A stretch of 64,000 nucleotides of DNA. It comes from Torpedo marmorata (taxonomy: Eukaryota). Position numbers and translations under genes: made by a program. Of this stretch, positions 36,726 to 49,224 are shown one piece after another. How positions within the stretch are numbered: the stretch's first letter is position 1; each line of letters starts with the position of its first letter. A model generated the notes under the pieces. It had not been told where the DNA came from. It did not search any database and saw only the letters and a list, made by a program, of their open reading frames with translations. The stretch covers positions 40,610,001 to 40,674,000 of the forward strand of contig OZ360221.1 of NCBI GenBank assembly GCA_977017645.1, written 5' to 3'.

Positions 36726-38201
36726 TTATCAAAGTGAGGTTTTTAACTCTTCCTCACTTATGAGGCATGTGCATTTCACACAGCTCTCCAGCTGCCCTCT
36801 GCCATTCTGCTGCTCCAACTACCGCTCCAACTGCCGTTCCATTGACTCTCTGTCCGCACAGCTCGACCTTGGCGAGTCAGCACTCAGCTGTACCACAAGT
36901 CACACAGAGTTCTCAGCAGAGTTCCATCCTTTATAATGACAGTCCACAGCACAAAAGGTCAGTCCATGATCCATAGCACAGCCTCGTCTGAATCTATCAC
37001 ATTCCATCTGCTTAAAAGAAGGCAATTTTTTTTGTTTTCAATTTTGGTGCAATCATGTGAAAGATTCAGTTAAATAAATGTTTGTCCATTGTTGTACAAT
37101 TACAGTTGCCTCGTGGTCCCATACTTATTGTAAATGTTTTATTTTCCTTGATGTGGTTGCCTCTGTATATATTCTTTCAACAACATAACCAAGTGTCTCG
37201 GGTAGATGACGATCCCAGTGCTCGTCTATTCCTCGGCAACTGCTTAAATTGCTTCTTCGGACTTAACGATGATTTATTTCTTTTAAGCAGCATGTCATTC
37301 CCCCTGTATATTATTCTATGGAAATAAGATCTCCCCTCTGTGTCAGTGATCTATTTATCTTTGCCACAACTCATTCACTGTTGCTTGTCAGTTCCTATCC
37401 TCAATACTAAAGTTCTGCGTTCCATTTCCTCTTGGTTCTGTTGATGCAATGTTCCCAGTTTGGGCGTGTTTTCTGCTTGACCTGTGTAAACTTTTCACAC
37501 ACTTCAATGTAGGATTGTACGGCATGCATAAATCTTCATCATCATCATCACTACTCCAGAAAAGCAGATTAAAAAAAAAATTCCGACGCTGCCTCTGGCT
37601 ATGTCAGTTTAATTGCGCTTAGAAATAATAAGAGCGCTGGATCTCATTCCAAAACTAACTCTCGGCTGCCTCTGGTCTGGTACCAACTTAGAAGCTGCAG
37701 CGATAAGAAGAGACATGGTTATTAAAGCCAAAAGGTACCAATGTACTTTCTGCAAACAGAAGGCAAATTTGCATTGTTATGAGGTAAGAGTGTTATCGGA
37801 CAGAAGCATGTTGATTGTCAGTGATTGATATTGGAAGTATTGATTTAATGGGCAGGTTCAGCTCCAGTTTCAATGGCTGTTGTCCAGTTTAAACCAGACC
37901 AAAGCAATCCAAGTTTGAAATAATTGTGGCTTAGTTCAGCCTTATAATACCTCATTGCACTTATGTGAAAAATAAATAGACATGAGCTCAAAAATCTACA
38001 AATGGCTGAAAAAATATTACTTTTTATTGACTTACTGTATTCATCAAATATTGTTTTCTTGATTCCAGGAATAAAACGCTTTCCTGACCAATAGTTTACT
38101 GGTGGAAGAATTAAAGGCTGCACCAGTTTAAAGTGGGCAGGTATCAAGTACAGTTAAACAAGAAAATCTTCAGACGCCATGATTGTAGTTTACACAAAAA
38201 T

Positions 38202-38447
38202 GGGGCGGCACGATTAGCGTAGCGGTTAGCGCAACGCTGTTACAGCGCCAGCGACTTGGGTTCGAATCCGACACTGTCTGTAAGCAGTTTGTACGTTCTA
38301 TCTGTGTTAGCGTGGGTTTCCTCCGGACGCTCCGGTTTCCTCCCATCTTTCAAAAATGTACGGGGGTTGTAGGTTAATTGGGGTATTTGGGCGGCATGGG
38401 CTCGTCGGCCGGAAGGGCCTGTTACTGTGCCGTATGTCTGTATGTAT
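38202..38447 (+). mobile_element. tRNA-derived V-domain SINE
   Basis: GGGGCGGCACG..TAGCGTAGCGG, B box, V core, aagggcctgttactgtgc tail. Confidence 0.87.
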
Positions 38448-41304
38448 GCCTAAATTCAGCAAGTCATGCAGCATTCTTTACATAGCAAAGATTAAGATAC
38501 ATAACAAACATTTCAGGCCTGAACCCTTCATCAAGGTATGAGCAAAAAGCAGGCAGGTGCCTGAATTAAATGGTAGGGGGAGGAGCACAGGTAGCAAGTA
38601 CAGCATGAAGAAAAGATAGATGTATTAAGATGCAAGGGGAGCAAGGGTTTAGACAAATGAACAGCGCAAGAATGGGCCATTCGGTTCCATTCGTCCATAC
38701 TAACCGTGATGCCTATCTACACTGATTCCATTTGTTTGTGTTCGATCTGCACCCCTCTACTCCTTTCCCGTGCAAGTACCGGTCTGAATACCTTCTAACT
38801 GGTTATACCTGAATTGGAGAGAGATTTATTTTGCGCTGCTCAGGAGGGTTTCAGCTAATCTGGCAGGAGGGTGGGATTCAAATCATCAGTATAGAAGATG
38901 AGAAACCTAAGACTAATTTAGATGTTAAAGTGAGCAAGTTTGGAGACATTAAAAACACAATGCTGGAGAAGCTCAGCAGGTCAAACAGTGTACTTTGTCT
39001 AGCAAGGATAATGGTACATAACCAACGTTTCGGGATTGAGCCCTTCATCAAGGTATGAGCAAAATGTAGGCGGGCACCCGAACAAAATGTTTGGAGACAG
39101 GACAGGCAGAGGTAAGTCAAAGGGTGAGGAAGGTCTGACAGACTAGGCTGCATTTATTTCAACGCAAGAAGCCTAACAGGTAAAGCAGATGAACTCATGA
39201 GATGGATTGGTACATGGGACTGGCATATTATAGGTGTAACGAAAACATGGCTGAGAGAGGGGCAGGGCAGTCAGCTCTGTGCCAGGGTACAATTGCTACA
39301 GGTGGGATAGAGGTGGAGGGCAGAGAGGAGGGAGGGTCGAATTTTTGTTTAGGGAAAACATCATGACAGTGCTGAGAAAGGATATTCTTGGAGGCTTGTC
39401 CAGTGAGGCAAAATGTGTGGAACATCGAAATAAGAAGGAATGATCACTTTGATGGGAATGCATTATAGGCCCCTCAATATTCAGCGAGAATTAGAGGAGC
39501 AAATATGAAGGGAAATTGCAGATTGCTGTAGGAGTAACGGGGTCATAATAAAAGGTGTTTTCAACGTCTCTCATTGATTGGGACACTTACAGGGCGTGGA
39601 GAGGGTGGAATTTGTGAAATGTGTCCATAAACGTCTCCGCAAACAATATGTAGATATCCCTACTAGAGAGAGCATGTTACCACAAGTCAGGGCGTGTGTC
39701 TGAGATGTCAGTTGCAGAGGGCTTTGTGACCAGCGGCTGTAATTTTAAGTTTTAAAATAGATAAGGAAAAAGAGAGGACTGGTCCACAGGTTAAAGTTCT
39801 AAATTTGGGCAAGATTAATTTTGATGGTATTTAACAGGAACTTGCAAAGGTTATTTGGAAAAGGCTGTTTGCAGTCAAAGGGATGTCTGAGAAGTTGGGA
39901 GGCTTTTAAAAGAGAGATAGGGAATGTTCAGGAACAGTACTTTACAACTGAAGTGAGGGGCAAGGCCAGCAGAATTATGGAACAGAACGACCAAAGATAT
40001 TGAAACTGAAAAGAAGAAAGTGTGGTATACAGCAGGCGTAGATAAATCATTGGGACCTGATCAAGTGTATCCTAGGACATGGTGACAATCCAGGGAAGAA
40101 ATTGCAGGATCCCTGGCAAAGATATTGTATCATTGTTTGCCACGGGTGAAGTGCTGGAAGGTTGGATGGTCTCCAATGTTGTGCATTTATTTAAGAAAGG
40201 TTGCATTGAAAAGCTTGGGAACTACAGGCCAGTGAGCCTTACATTGGTGAAGGGTACGGTGTGGAAGGGCTGCTGAGAGGCAGGGCCTGTCAGCATTTGG
40301 AAAGGCAAGAACTGATTAGAGAGAGTCAGCACAGCTTTCAGCTTGGGAAGGTAAACAAGAAAATCTGCAGATGCTGGTGTCTTTGTTGTCACATTACTGA
40401 CAAGAGGCTGAGGCCCGAACCATCGACTGCCTTTTTCTATCTATGCATACTGTTATGGAACATGACTGACCATTTTGACTGCGGACGGTCAGCAGGAAGG
40501 ATGAAGTCTTTTGAGTACACACTGGGACCAGGTACTGAAAGAGTTAATTTGCCCAGGGCTGGCTGTGCTCACAGAGAGAGACACACATAGAGAGAGAGAG
40601 ACAGGCTGTGGAAAAGATACATTGTTGCACTTTTGCAAAAGCAGGTGCAAACCTCTAAAAAAAGCATTCAGTTTGGAGTTGCAAAAGGCTGGAGCAACAG
40701 CACCAAAAACAGGCTTGTGCATTCCAGTAAGAAAGACTGGGGGAAATAGCACATGGCTTCTTGTATCAGCAAAATCCTGATATAAAGCAACTTTCGTGGA
40801 GAACAGGCGTGAGATCAGCGAGACAGGCTGTGAGATCCTCCATCAGTGGTATACTGATTTGGAACAGCAACCCTCGTGCACCTACCAAAAGGGAAAGTCA
40901 TCGGAAGGAAAGCAGACCAAGCATTCGTAAGCTTAAACAGTCATTGTCTCTCTCTCCAACGTTCATTAAGAAGTCCTTCATGCCAGCGCACAGAGCTGAA
41001 TTTGGACCCTGAACATAGAGAGTGATTTTTGTGGACTCTATTTTTGGGACTGACTTATTTTTATGACTGACGTGGGGTTTTGGGGAAGGTTTACTATTTT
41101 TTTCCTTGAGGGTTGGGCACAGACTGAAATGGCCTGGGCTTTACACACACACACACTTTAGATAAGAATAGTGATTATAGACATTTATAGTGGGGTTAAT
41201 TGTTAAGAAATTATATATTTAATTGTCTTTAATAAATATAAATGTCAATTTTACCCATTTTGCATTACATCTTCTGTCGTTGCTGGTTTGAATTTGTAAC
41301 AAAT

Positions 41305-41322
41305 TGGGGGCTCGTCCGGGAT
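41305..41322 (+). promoter_or_regulatory. Primer-binding site, tRNA-Pro
   Basis: TGGGGGCTCGTCCGGGAT, 3 nt after the LTR end; same as the MLV-type Pro PBS. Confidence 0.92.
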
Positions 41323-41429
41323 TGAATCAAGCTCCAGCTTGGTAATTGAAGGAATCCCAGTTTGGTTTAAGACATTCCTTTCATATAGATAATTAAAAGC
41401 TAGTGTTTGTGTATCATAAACCAGCAACA

Positions 41430-44400
41430 ATGGATGTAGGAATTTTTTTGGAATAACCAGAACCTGATACTTTAAAAAAGGCTAAAAAGGAACAGTTAGT
41501 TGCTATAGCAACAGAGTTGGGCATTGCTTCTGTAAAACCATCAATGAAAAAGGCAGAGATTGGGAGATAAATTGCCAAATTTATATAAAAGGGAAACAGT
41601 TTGAGGAGAGCGTGTTAGAGCAGTTTCCCAAGGGTAAACATTCTGAGAACATACAGTTGGAACTAAAGGAATTGGAACAAAAGAGATTAGATTTGGAGGC
41701 AGCCAGAGAACAAAAGAGATTAGACTTGGAGGCAGCCAGAGAACAAAAGAGATTCGATTTAGAGAGAGAGGAGAACATTAGGCAATATGAGCTGGAAAAT
41801 ATTAAGTTGGAAAATGAGAGGAGACAAGAAGAGCACCAATATCAAATTCGTCATCCTGTTGAGAGGTTTTTGGCTAGTAAAGAAGTTAGGTTGGTTCCTC
41901 CATTTGAGGAGGCAGAAATAAATAAGTACTTCCAACATTTTGAAAAGTTGGCTGTGAAATTAAAATGGCCACAAGACCAATGGTCTCTTATGTTACAAAG
42001 TGTAATTAAAGGAAAAGCTCAGCAAGCTTATTCTACTCTTACCACGGAGCAAGCTGCTGATTATGAAACGGTGAAAAAGGCTATACTCCAGGCTTATGAG
42101 TTAATTCCAGAGGCTTATAGACAGAAGTTTAGAAATTTAAAAAGATCAGCAACCCAATCTTACGCAGAGTTTGCCTCTGAAAAGGTTGTGTGTTTTGACC
42201 GGTGGTGCACATCTAAGGCGGTAAACAATGATTACAATCAATTGAGAGAATTGATACTAATTGAGAAGATAAAAAGGTGTGTTCCTGAGGATATTAAGGC
42301 ATACTTAGATGAAAAGGAGGTGAAAACGTGGCAAAATTCAGCTAAGTTAGCAGATGAATATGCTTTAACCCACAAGCCTAAGTGGACATCAGGCAGAATT
42401 TTCCAAAAGGGCACTGTGGATAATCCCAAGCAAGTGGAAAGTAAATTTGGAAGTGGTGTTAAGGAAAGAGATGAAGGAAAATGGAAAAGGGAAAACCCTT
42501 TGGGTCCCATTTGCCACTACTGTAGGAAGGCTGGTCATATGCTAGCAAGCTGTCCAGTGTTGAAAAAGAAGAGAGAAAAGGATGCAACACCTAATGCTTG
42601 TATTCAGAGTGCAAAGAAGCATAACACACAGGTAGGAGACAAATTTACTGACAAAGTTAGGGATGTATTTAAACTTTTTGTGACTGATGGCTTTGTTTCA
42701 GTTAAGGCAGGATAAAAACAAGTTCCAGTGAAAATCTTGCTTGATACTGGAGCTGCTCAGTCACTTGTGTTAGATAGTGTCTTGGAATTTTGTGAAGCCA
42801 CTGACACCGGTGAAATGAATTTAATTAAAGGAATTGGGGGTGATGTTGAGTCCATTCCTTTGCACAAAATAGTGTTGAACTCTGCCTTGGTGAAAGGACC
42901 TGTTATAATAGGAGTGAGATCAGAGTTGCCAGTAGAAGGAGTCTCACTGTTGCTAGGCAATGACTTGGCTGAGGGTAAAGTAGTTCCTGCAGTGCGAATG
43001 ACCACTAAGCCAGTCATTGATAAGTCAGAGAAGGACTCTGATATTTATCCGGCATGTGCCATAACCAGGGCCATGTCTAAGAAAAATGTCACTGTAGAGA
43101 AGGCAGTGGAAAATAATTTGGTGAAAGAAATAGTCTGTGATAATCAAAAACACCTGGAAAAGTTTGAGCAATCTCCTGTGTTAGACCCATATACTGATAA
43201 GACACCTAAAGGCACTGATTTGTCACTATCCCGACAGGAGCTAATAGCAAGGCAAAAGGAGGATCCTGATCTTGCTGAGGTGAGGGATAAGGTTCTCTCT
43301 GAAGAGGAGATTAAGAAGGTGCCAGTGGGTTATTATGAAAAAGATGGGGTGTTGATGAGAAAGTGGAGACAATGTGATGTTCCTGCCAGTGAAGAATGGG
43401 CAGTAGTGCGCAGGTTGTGATCCCTAAAGTATATAGGGACGAAATAATAACTTTGGCTCATAGCACACCCTTAGGTGGTCACCTTGGAGGTGAAGAAAAC
43501 TATACGGAAGAAAATGAAACAATATTGTTGGCCCAATTTGAGAAGGGAGGTTGTAAGCTTTTGCCGGGACTGTCACACTTGTCAGGTGGTGGGTAAACCT
43601 AATCAGGGTCCCCCGGTGGCACCCTTGCAACCTATCCCTGCTCTCAGTGAGCCTTTCTCGAGAGTGATTGTGGACTGTGTTGGCCCATTGCCCAAAACCA
43701 TAGCGGGGAATGAGTATTTGTTAACAATTATGTGTGTAGCCAGCAGATTTCCGGAGGCCATTCCTCTGAGAAACATTAAAGCAAAGGCAATTGTAAAGGC
43801 TATGGTAAATTTGTTATCCATGGTAGGTTTGCCAAGGGAAATTCAATCAGTTCAGGGTAGTAATTTCATGTCAGGCATATTCCAACAAGTGGTTGATAGA
43901 CTGGGAGTTAAACAGATTGTATCCTCTGCGTACCATCCAGAAAGTCAAGGGGCCTTGGAGAGGTTCCATTCGACTTTGAAAAACATGATTAGAACTTATT
44001 GTTGTGAGAAGGAAAAGGATTGGGATGAGGGGGTTCATTTTTTGTTATTTGCAGCGAGGGAGTCTGTCCAAGAATCACTTGGTTTTAGTCCATTGGAGTT
44101 AGTTTTCGGACGTGAGGTGAGAGGTCCTTTAAGGTTATTAAAAAACAGTGGATAAATAGTGATGTGCATTTAAATCTGTTGGATTATGTTTCCAAATTTA
44201 AGGATAGGTTGCATAAAGCTTGAGAGATGGCAAAGGAGACTTTAAAGGCCACTCAACAGAGAATGAAGGTTTGGTATGATCGAAAGGCAAAGATGAGAAC
44301 TTTTAAACCTGGTGAGAATGTATTAGTTCTGTTTCCCACACATTCAAATCCTCTTAGGGGTTGATTTTCAGGACCCTATAGAGTTAAGTCAAAAATTAAT

Positions 44401-44757
44401 GAGGTCACCTATGTCATAGAAAAACCTAATCGCAGACGAGACACACAGCTCTGTCATGTGAATATGATTAAGCCATATTTTGAACAGGTGCCGCACAAAG
44501 TGACTGAACATTTACCAGAGGTGCTGGTTATCGACCAGGGTAAGGAGGAGACATATAAAACCAGTTTCAGAGAGGGACATGCAACTGTTATTTATCTGGT
44601 TTATGTAGTAGGACAGGGGCAGTTGGCGCCAGTAGAGGCAAAGGTTGTGACTATTTCCGAGTTCCCTGTTTCAACTGGTAAGTACACTCTGAGGAGGTTC
44701 CTGGGAATGATTGGCTGCTACCGCAAGTTCTGTAAAAACTCTCACAAATTTGCTTAG
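41430..44757 (+). pseudogene. Disrupted gag(SCAN)-PR-INT-RT polyprotein
   Basis: ORF pieces 41612-42715, 42728-43420, 43475-44155, 44458-44757 with stops and frameshifts; most of RT and RNase H deleted. Confidence 0.88.
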
Positions 44758-44950
44758 AAAGGGAGAAATATTTGTATGGTCGACAGGTTGCTCTGTTTGA
44801 ATTTGTAACAATACTTTGTGACCCGCTGAGTTTCTCCAGCACTTTTGTGTTTATTCTTGAGAAGTCATGTCTGATGAATTTGATTGAGATTTTTTTTGAA
44901 AAGGTGAGCAAGTAGATTGATGAGGGAAAGGCAGTAGACATTATCTACAT

Positions 44951-45325
44951 CAATGGTTTTCAAACTGCCCCCCTAAACTCACATTATACCTTAAGCAGTC
45001 ACTATGCCATAACTGTTCTGTGATTAGTAAGGGATTGCTTAAGGAGGTATGTTAGTGGAAAGAAAAAGTTTGAAAACCACTGTTTTCATCGTACCTAATT
45101 AACTCGTTATGTGCACGGTTTCATAACTCCAAAGGAAATGGGCCAATGACAATTTTTCTCAAGCAAAATATTTCAGTAACAATTGGGTCTAGAGCAGTGG
45201 TTCTTAACCTTCCCTTCCCACTCACACACCACCTTAAGCAATCCCTTACTAATCACAGAGCACTTATGGCATAGGGAATACTTAAGGTGGAATGTGAGTT
45301 TGGGGGGGCAGTTTGAAAACCACTG
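44951..45325. mobile_element. hAT (Charlie-like) MITE, palindromic
   Basis: TIR CA(A/G)TGGTTTTCAAACTGCCCCCC; degenerate 8-bp TSD ATCTACAT/GTGTACAT. Confidence 0.82.
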
Positions 45326-46138
45326 GTGTACATGGACTTTAGCAAGGCCTTTAATAAGGTCTCTCAGGGATTAAAAATTGGCTTGGTTAGAAGACAGAGG
45401 ATGGTAGTGGAGGGTTGTTGTTTTTTAGTCTGGAACCCTGTGACAGGAGGTGCTCTGCAGGGATCAAGTCAAGTCAAGTCAGTGCTGGGTCCATTCTTGT
45501 TCATCGTTTATATGACCTGGTTGAGAATGGAGGTGGCATGGTTATTAAGTTTGCTGAAGAAGGGCCTATATTGCGCTACACTGTTCTATGTTCAATACAA
45601 AGTAAGGTGAATGTCAGGATGCTGAGAAGTAAGAGAAATAGGTGGACCTTGAAGTGCGTGTTCACTTAAGGGAGGTGGATAAAAGATGGCTGATTTTTAT
45701 TGACAGAGAAACACAAGTCTCTCCAAAATTTCGTGAAATGTTAGACCAGAGCCAGTGCAATGTAATAGCACTGGAGAAAGAGCAGAGGAATTTTATGAAA
45801 ATGGACAACGTTTCTGTGAGAATTGTAGGAAGAGAGGAGATTCAAGAAGGAGTTGTTGAGATTATAAAATTATGAGATTTTCAGACGGAATAGATAGGAA
45901 GAGTCACTTTTGAGTTGGTTTTAATCTTGTGGGGCACTGACAGTGCTCTTTGTCCCTGAGAAGAAACTATTTCCAATGCCAGAAGGAGCAATAACTGGGG
46001 ATTGAGATGAGTAATTAGTCAGTGTTAAATGCTGGAAAATCCCAATATTCTGTTGTTGTTATTATTAATAATTAGCAAATGATTAGAAGGCAGTTGAAGA
46101 GAAATTGTTTTCACCAACATTATGAAAGGGGTCTAGAG

Positions 46139-46605
46139 CAGGCATTCTCAATGGGGGACTACGGTCCCCCACCCCCCAGGGGGCCACAGCACATTTAACA
46201 CAGCGCCAGTGACCCAGTTCGAATCCGGTGCTGTCTGTAAGGAGTTTGTACGTTCTCCCCGTGTCTGCGTGGGTTTCCTCCGGGGGCTCCGGTTTCCTCC
46301 CACCCTCCAAAAAATGTACAGGGGGTTGTAGGTTAATTTGGGTGTAATTGGGCGGCATGGGTTTAAATGGCCGGAATCGGCTTCTACCGTGCTGTAAATA
46401 AAATTAATTTTATTTTTAAAAAGTAAAAGCCTTGTTTTCTTTTCACTTCATGTAACATAAATAATATTTATGCTTTTTATGTAATCTGTTGGAGAGAAGT
46501 ACAGAAGAAACCAAAACCTGACTGCTTCACAGGGAAGGGGGCCCATAAACCTTGAGCAGAGTCCTGGGGGAGGGGGCACAGCCGATAAAAGGTTGAGAAT
46601 GGCTG
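46139..46605. mobile_element. hAT (Charlie-like) MITE containing a SINE (~46198-46410)
   Basis: TIR CAGGCATTCTCAA/TTGAGAATGGCTG; perfect 8-bp TSD GTCTAGAG. Confidence 0.88.
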
Positions 46606-46789
46606 GTCTAGAGTTCTTTAATTGTAAAGAAAAAGTCTGCAGACACTTGTGTTACCGATTCAAGTTTCATTTATTGTCATGTAATAAATACGCAAAATAC
46701 CATTGGGATTCTTGCTTAGAAACCTTCTCAATAACATTGAAAATTAAAGTATAGTGTCAGCAGAATGAATGTGTCCTCTATCTGTAAAA

Positions 46790-47410
46790 AACAAAATACT
46801 GCAAAAACACACAGTAAATGCTGCAGAAACTCAGCCGGTCTCGCAGCGTCCATAGGAGGTAAAGATATATTACCGACGTTTCAGGCCTGAGCCCTTCTTC
46901 AAGGTATAAGCAAAAAGCAGGCAGGTGTCTCAATAAAGACTGAGAGAGAAAGATGGAAGAATGGTAGTGGGAGCAGTCCAGACTAACAAACAAAAGGTGT
47001 TAATTGGATATGATAAGAGGAAAGGTGAGAATTGATTTTGGCTCTGTGAAAGGAGACAGAGGGAAGAGAGAGAGAGAGAGAGAACTAGAGGAAAGGAGAC
47101 AGGGGGATGAGGATGGGAGGGGGGATTAATGGAAATCGGAGAAGTCGATGATAATGTCATCCGGTTGGAAGGTGCCCAGATGGAAGATGAGGTGTTGTTC
47201 CTCCAATTTGCGGGTGGTCTCAGTCTGGCAGTGCATGAGACCATGGACAGACAAGTCAGCAAGGGAATGGGACAGGGAATTGAAATGGGTGGCCACTGGG
47301 AGATCTACGCTATTATGCCAGACAGAGCCGAGGTGCTCAATGAAATGATGTCCAAGTCCGCGCCCAATCTCGCCGATGTAGAGGAGACCACAACGGGAGC
47401 ACCGGACTGG
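46790..47410 (-). mobile_element. Penelope-like element 3' part
   Basis: GIY-YIG remnant (YIGE..R..KLEEQHLIFHLG) and the same terminal sequence as the other copies. Confidence 0.82.
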
Positions 47411-47461
47411 TCAAACAGCATCTGTGGAAAGAGAAACAGAGCTCACATCTTGAATTGTGTT

Positions 47462-47613
47462 AAACAAGAAAGTCTGCAGATGCTGGGGTTGAGTGCAATA
47501 CACAAACGTGCTGGAGGAACTGACGAAGGGCCAAGGCCCGAAACGTTGGTCACCCTTTACTTCCTACGGTGCTGCGTTACCTGCTGAGTTTTTCCAGCAC
47601 ATTTGAGCATTGC
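47462..47613 (+). mobile_element. Fold-back Penelope terminal mini-element with hammerhead-like core
   Basis: Inverted arms 47495-47521 / 47587-47613 (22/27) around CTGACGA-A-GGGCC(AA)GGCCC-GAAACGT. Confidence 0.65.
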
Positions 47614-47899
47614 TAGTGTCTTGAATCAGTGACCTTTTGTTAGAACTGGAAAAAAAACCTGAGAAAACAAACAAGAGAGGCAAGAGAATTGTACAGGCAC
47701 AGTGACTGAGGGACCTCTTTCAGATTCTACGTTTTCACATGTCAAACTCGCATTCAAGTTAATATAGCTTCTAATCTTTGCCTGTTTTTTCACATTTTAA
47801 TGAATACATTTTGTGAAGATCTTAAACATGTTGTTTTCCCAGTTTATCCTCCTGAAAAGGAATCTTGCCTCTTGGAAAAATATATTTACATACTTCTCT

Positions 47900-48520
47900 A
47901 TCCTGGAACCCTTGTCCTGTATCTTATCTCTTTCCCGTACCTCTGCCCTCATCCCTGCTTCTTTTGGACAGAAGAACAACAGAGATCCCCGGTCCTTAAC
48001 TTCCATCCTACCATTTAACAGATCATCCTTTGCCATTTCTGTGGGCTTCAATACGTTTCCACCACCAGACGTATATCCCCTCACCCCCTTCCATTTCAGC
48101 ATTTTGAAGGGATTGCTCTCATTGCATCTCCTAGGTCAGCTCTTCCCATGATGTGGCACTTTCCCATGCATTTGCCGGATTTGCTCTTTCATCTCTTCCC
48201 TTTCCACCATGCAGGCATCGAAGCAGTGATTTGCTTTCACTGCAGTTGGTGTTCATAATTCTCATTTACATTGGAGAAATCAAATGCAGATTGGATAATT
48301 GAAATGTGGAGCGCCTGAATCCATCCGTAGGAGTTACCCTGAACTTCCACTTCAATTCTCCACCCCACTCCCACTCTGACCTGTCAAGCTGTGACCCTCT
48401 ACATTGTTACAGCGAGGGGCAACACAAGCTTGATGAACAGCATCTCCTTTTTTTTGTTATCTGGGCACATTGCAGCCTTCGAGATTCAATGTTGAATTTT
48501 TCAACTTCAGATAACTTATT
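47900..48520 (+). mobile_element. Old degraded Penelope-like fragment
   Basis: HFNSPPHSHSDLS..KLDEQHL remnant. Confidence 0.6.
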
Positions 48521-49224
48521 CTTTTTTTTCTGCCTGTACCTTAACTGGCTGTTTCCGCTGTAATAACTTTGGCTTAATTTTTGCTCTCTTCAATAGTATA
48601 GACTGGACTGCTGGGCATGTTTCTTAACATTGCAATTGGCAACTCACAGGCAAAGATGCATAATCTGGTTCTCATTGCTCTTCTAACTGCCAAATTAATT
48701 TATTTTGTCTCACCCTGTCGAAGATATTTCCTTTGTTCTACCCATCCTGCCCACACTCAGCTATTGAAAACTAACGTATTTTCTCTATTTCATTGTTTTT
48801 TTTCTCTCTGTATTGCACAGTCAGTTTGTTTACATTTCTTTATTTGTTTACATGTGTACGTTGTGTACAGTTTTCTTGCACTACCAATAAGTGGTAATTC
48901 TGCCTCGCCCACAGGAAAAAGAATCTCAGGGTTGTATGTGATGTCATGTATGTACTCTGACAATAAATCTGAAATCTAATAAATGGCCACAGTCATCCAG
49001 CATCGAAAGAGGACCTCTGGCCAACTATGTCCCCACTGGCCGTCAATTACCAATCTATCCTAATCCCATCTGTCAGCACTGGATCGTTGGACTTCTATGC
49101 CATGGAATTTCACCTAATTGTTTTTTTTAAATGTTGTGAGAGTGCCCACTTCCATCAGCTACTCAAGTAGCGCATTTCAGATTCTAACCACACTCTGGGT
49201 GAAAATGCTCTTCCGTAGGTCCCC

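Larger units (their letters stand above)
40451..44810 (+). mobile_element. Gmr1-like Gypsy LTR retrotransposon, 3'-deleted
   Basis: 5' LTR 40451-41301; PBS-Pro; SCAN-like gag plus CCHC; LLDTGA protease; integrase upstream of an RT remnant; last ~24 bp of 3' LTR at 44787-44810; ATAC on both flanks. Confidence 0.9.
38820..45560 (+). mobile_element. Old degraded CR1 LINE split by several insertions
   Basis: EN/RT remnants at 39140-40350 resume at 44856 (aagtcatgtctgatgaatttgattgag) and 45326 (YMDFSKAF). Confidence 0.7.

Noticed and set aside
37100-37560. Possible degraded Gypsy integrase tail or exon on the minus strand (WSSDDDDED..; YVVE..YRGNH)
   Set aside because: Similarity too short and interrupted to support a call
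38202-38275. tRNA gene (also similar heads near 32590, 53063, 53345)
   Set aside because: A/B boxes run into a SINE body and LINE-like tail; no complete cloverleaf
40451-44810. Endogenous retrovirus (because of the Pro PBS and long LTR)
   Set aside because: No env; gag, integrase and domain order are Gmr1/Gypsy-type
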